Source: a virus
Strand: one strand, 5' to 3'
Length of the DNA: 64,000 nt
IMG/VR virus record: IMGVR_UViG_3300037420_001273
How positions within the stretch are numbered: position 1 is the first letter of the stretch; the number at the start of each line of letters is the position of its first letter. A program made the position numbers and the translations under genes. Shown in pieces: positions 62,263-64,000 of the stretch. The notes below the pieces were generated by a model that had not been told where the DNA came from, did no database searches, and saw nothing but the letters and a program-made list of their open reading frames with translations.

Positions 62263-62286
62263 ACCTAACGACGACACGAGGCAAGC

Positions 62287-63423
62287 GTGGCTGGTGTACG
62301 CAAGATCAAGAAGACCGGGAAGTGGGAGGTGGCGGTGCGCCACAAGGACCTGCCAAACGGCCGCAAGTTCTTCACGTTCGACGACGAGGCCGCAGCGCGT
62401 GAATATGCGCGTCAGTGGGACGGCCTCGTCGAGCGCGGCGCGGCGCTGCCTTCGGAACTTCTCGAGCACACGCCGGCGCACCTGAAGACGCCGCTGGCCG
62501 TCGCGATCCGCGAGTGGCTGAACACCGGCAGACCATCGACGTCGGACCAGGAGCTGCTCGCGCTGCTCGTGCATGAGGTCGGCGCCGTGACGTTCGCTGA
62601 GTTCAAGTACGCGTGGGTCGAGCGTTGGATCGAAGCGATGAAGCTGCGACGCAACTTCGCGCCCGGCACGATCCGCAAGCGCGTCGGCGCTCTGTCGCGC
62701 GCGATCGACGCGTACCTTCGCAAGCACGAGCTCGAGCTGCAGAACCCGCTCAAGCTGCTGCCAGACCGGTACTCGGTCTACAACGACGTCGACGCGGAGA
62801 AAGTTCAGGCCGTTGGCTTGAAGGTCAAGCGCGACGAGGTTCGGCAGCGCCGGCTGGAGCCGGGCGAAGAGCAGCGCATCATGGCGCAGCTCAAGGACCG
62901 GCCGCACCTGCGGTTGCTGTTCCTGGTGATCCTGCACACCGGCGCGCGCTTGAAGGAAGCGTACACGCTCATGCGCAAGCAGATCGACTTGAAGGCGAAG
63001 GTGATCCGCTTCAAGAAGAGCAAGCAGTGGTATGGGAAGGTGGCGTTCAAGGACGTGCCGATCAAGCCGGAGCTCTACGTGGTGCTCGAAGCGCATATGC
63101 GCGAGCACCCGGGGCTGCCGACGGCTGATCTGTTCCCGTGGTTGGAGCACTACGGGGATGAGCGCGCCGTGTCGGCGCACCTGAGCGAGCAGTTCGCTCG
63201 TGTGTTTGAAGCAGCTGGCTGCGAGGGCCTGAAAGAACACGACCTGAGGCACGAGGCCACGTGCCGTTGGTATGAGTTGCGCGGCGCTAACGGCACCTGG
63301 TTGCTACACGACAAGGAGATCCACCGCATCATGGGCTGGAGCGAGAAGTCGACGATGTCGCAGCTCTACGCCTCGTTCCGCGGCGAGGACCTAGCAGCCA
63401 GGCTCTGGGGTACTGGAGCGTAA
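62287..63423 (+). CDS. int: Tyrosine recombinase / phage integrase
   Basis: 378 aa with a GTG start. Catalytic signature: HTGARLKEA (Arg), HDLRHEATCRW (H-x-x-R), MSQLYASFR (Tyr). It lies adjacent to the tRNA-derived att core. Confidence 0.92.
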   Translation: MAGVRKIKKTGKWEVAVRHKDLPNGRKFFTFDDEAAAREYARQWDGLVERGAALPSELLEHTPAHLKTPLAVAIREWLNTGRPSTSDQELLALLVHEVGAVTFAEFKYAWVERWIEAMKLRRNFAPGTIRKRVGALSRAIDAYLRKHELELQNPLKLLPDRYSVYNDVDAEKVQAVGLKVKRDEVRQRRLEPGEEQRIMAQLKDRPHLRLLFLVILHTGARLKEAYTLMRKQIDLKAKVIRFKKSKQWYGKVAFKDVPIKPELYVVLEAHMREHPGLPTADLFPWLEHYGDERAVSAHLSEQFARVFEAAGCEGLKEHDLRHEATCRWYELRGANGTWLLHDKEIHRIMGWSEKSTMSQLYASFRGEDLAARLWGTGA

Positions 63424-63792
63424 ACGAGCCAGCTCCTGCCGGAGAGATGCGGTTTCCTCGATCCACTGGCCTTGGTCGGAAAGGTACTGCAGCGCTTGTT
63501 CCTTGACCTTCCGCTCCGCTGCTTCGGCGCGACGGAGTGCACGAGCCGCCGCGTCGCCCGCAGACCGAACCAGTTCATCGCGCGCAGCCTCTTGCGTCAC
63601 CGCGCGCATGGTCTGCTTGAACTGCTCGATCTCTGCCTGGAGGGATGCGATGAGGGCGGTGGCTTGGGCGTGATGCGCAAGCGCCACCATAGGTCCAGCG
63701 AGCGACGCGCGCGGCAGGAACAGCGTCTTGCCTTCCTCGATGCTCGTGACCATCGCCACCACCGGCAGCTCGTCGGGCTTGCGCTCATCCAT
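63391..63792 (-). CDS. Hypothetical coiled-coil protein
   Basis: The start was taken at MDERKPDEL (ATG 63792). It is convergent with int and overlaps it by 33 nt. Confidence 0.45.
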   Translation of the reverse strand: MDERKPDELPVVAMVTSIEEGKTLFLPRASLAGPMVALAHHAQATALIASLQAEIEQFKQTMRAVTQEAARDELVRSAGDAAARALRRAEAAERKVKEQALQYLSDQGQWIEETASLRQELARLRSSTPEPGC

Positions 63793-63907
63793 GGCGGGAC
63801 TCCTGCTCGGTGGGTCGACGAGACCATCCGAAGAACCACGCGCCATCCTTGCCGAGCAGGCCGGTCATGCGCCAGCCGAAGACGTTGGCGTTGATGAGCA
63901 GCTTCAT
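63785..63907 (-). CDS. Possible 40-aa peptide
   Basis: Own translation: MKLLINANVFGWRMTGLLGKDGAWFFGWSRRPTEQESRHG. There is an ATGA overlap upstream and an 8-nt overlap downstream. Confidence 0.3.
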   Translation of the reverse strand: MKLLINANVFGWRMTGLLGKDGAWFFGWSRRPTEQESRHG

Positions 63908-64000
63908 TGCTTCCCCTCCTGCGCCGCGGTGAGGGCGGCCCGCAAGGCAATCGCGTGCTGGTAGAGCGCACCGTCCGGTCGCCCGGAAGCATCGGAGTCG
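63904..64000 (-). CDS. C-terminal fragment of an ORF entering from the right edge
   Basis: It reads ...SDASGRPDGALYQHAIALRAALTAAQEGKQ and then stops. Third positions are G/C-rich. Confidence 0.3.
   Translation of the reverse strand, partial: DSDASGRPDGALYQHAIALRAALTAAQEGKQ

Overview
The whole 64-kb, GC-rich window is contiguous temperate-phage DNA. No host backbone is evident.

Layout:
- 1-20283: leftward early/replication operon. It encodes a family A DNA polymerase, SNF2 helicase, Cas4-like PD-(D/E)XK nuclease, a metallopeptidase-VWA protein, two AAA+ ATPases and a primase-helicase. Many tiny genes are joined by ATGA/GTGA stop-start overlaps.
- 20390-20564: an AT-rich structured element.
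- 20585-23377: leftward block of small membrane and Arg-rich proteins.
- 23381-23684: divergent control region.
- 23685-61856: rightward late operon. Order is TerS, TerL, HNH, portal, scaffold, major capsid, tail/host-recognition proteins, endolysin with embedded spanins, very large putative ejection proteins, an HslV-like Ntn hydrolase and a metallophosphoesterase.
- 61868-61999: a second copy of the AT-rich element.
- 62108-62152: att core equal to the 3-prime 45 nt of a tRNA-Lys(CUU), with arm-type repeats on both sides.
- 62287-63423: tyrosine integrase.

The att core has phage DNA on both sides, so the element is in attP (unintegrated or circular) configuration. I found no tape-measure, tube or sheath genes, so the gene content looks podovirus-like (inference).

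Most interesting observations:
1. A tandem array of eight fast-diverging small paralogs with a shared C-terminal G-P-[FY]-D-T-x-E-A-A motif. One copy is frameshifted.
2. A 69-residue strictly alternating X-Gly (X = Asn/Tyr/Asp) repeat protein encoded by a (GCCGTN) hexamer array.
3. Two copies of an AT-rich element closed by a 20-22 bp stem whose non-Watson-Crick pairs are almost all G:U-compatible on the plus strand.
4. A dispersed near-palindromic 10-mer, TTAGATC[GT]AA, at about 20 gene junctions and inside two genes.
5. A TerL reading frame that needs a +1 shift at CCG-UUU-UGA.
6. An opposite-strand PEP-CTERM secreted-protein moron inside the tail module.

I saw no rRNA, no intact tRNA, no CRISPR array and no IS/transposase. 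All family assignments rest on motifs read from the translations and on memory of the families. No database search was run.
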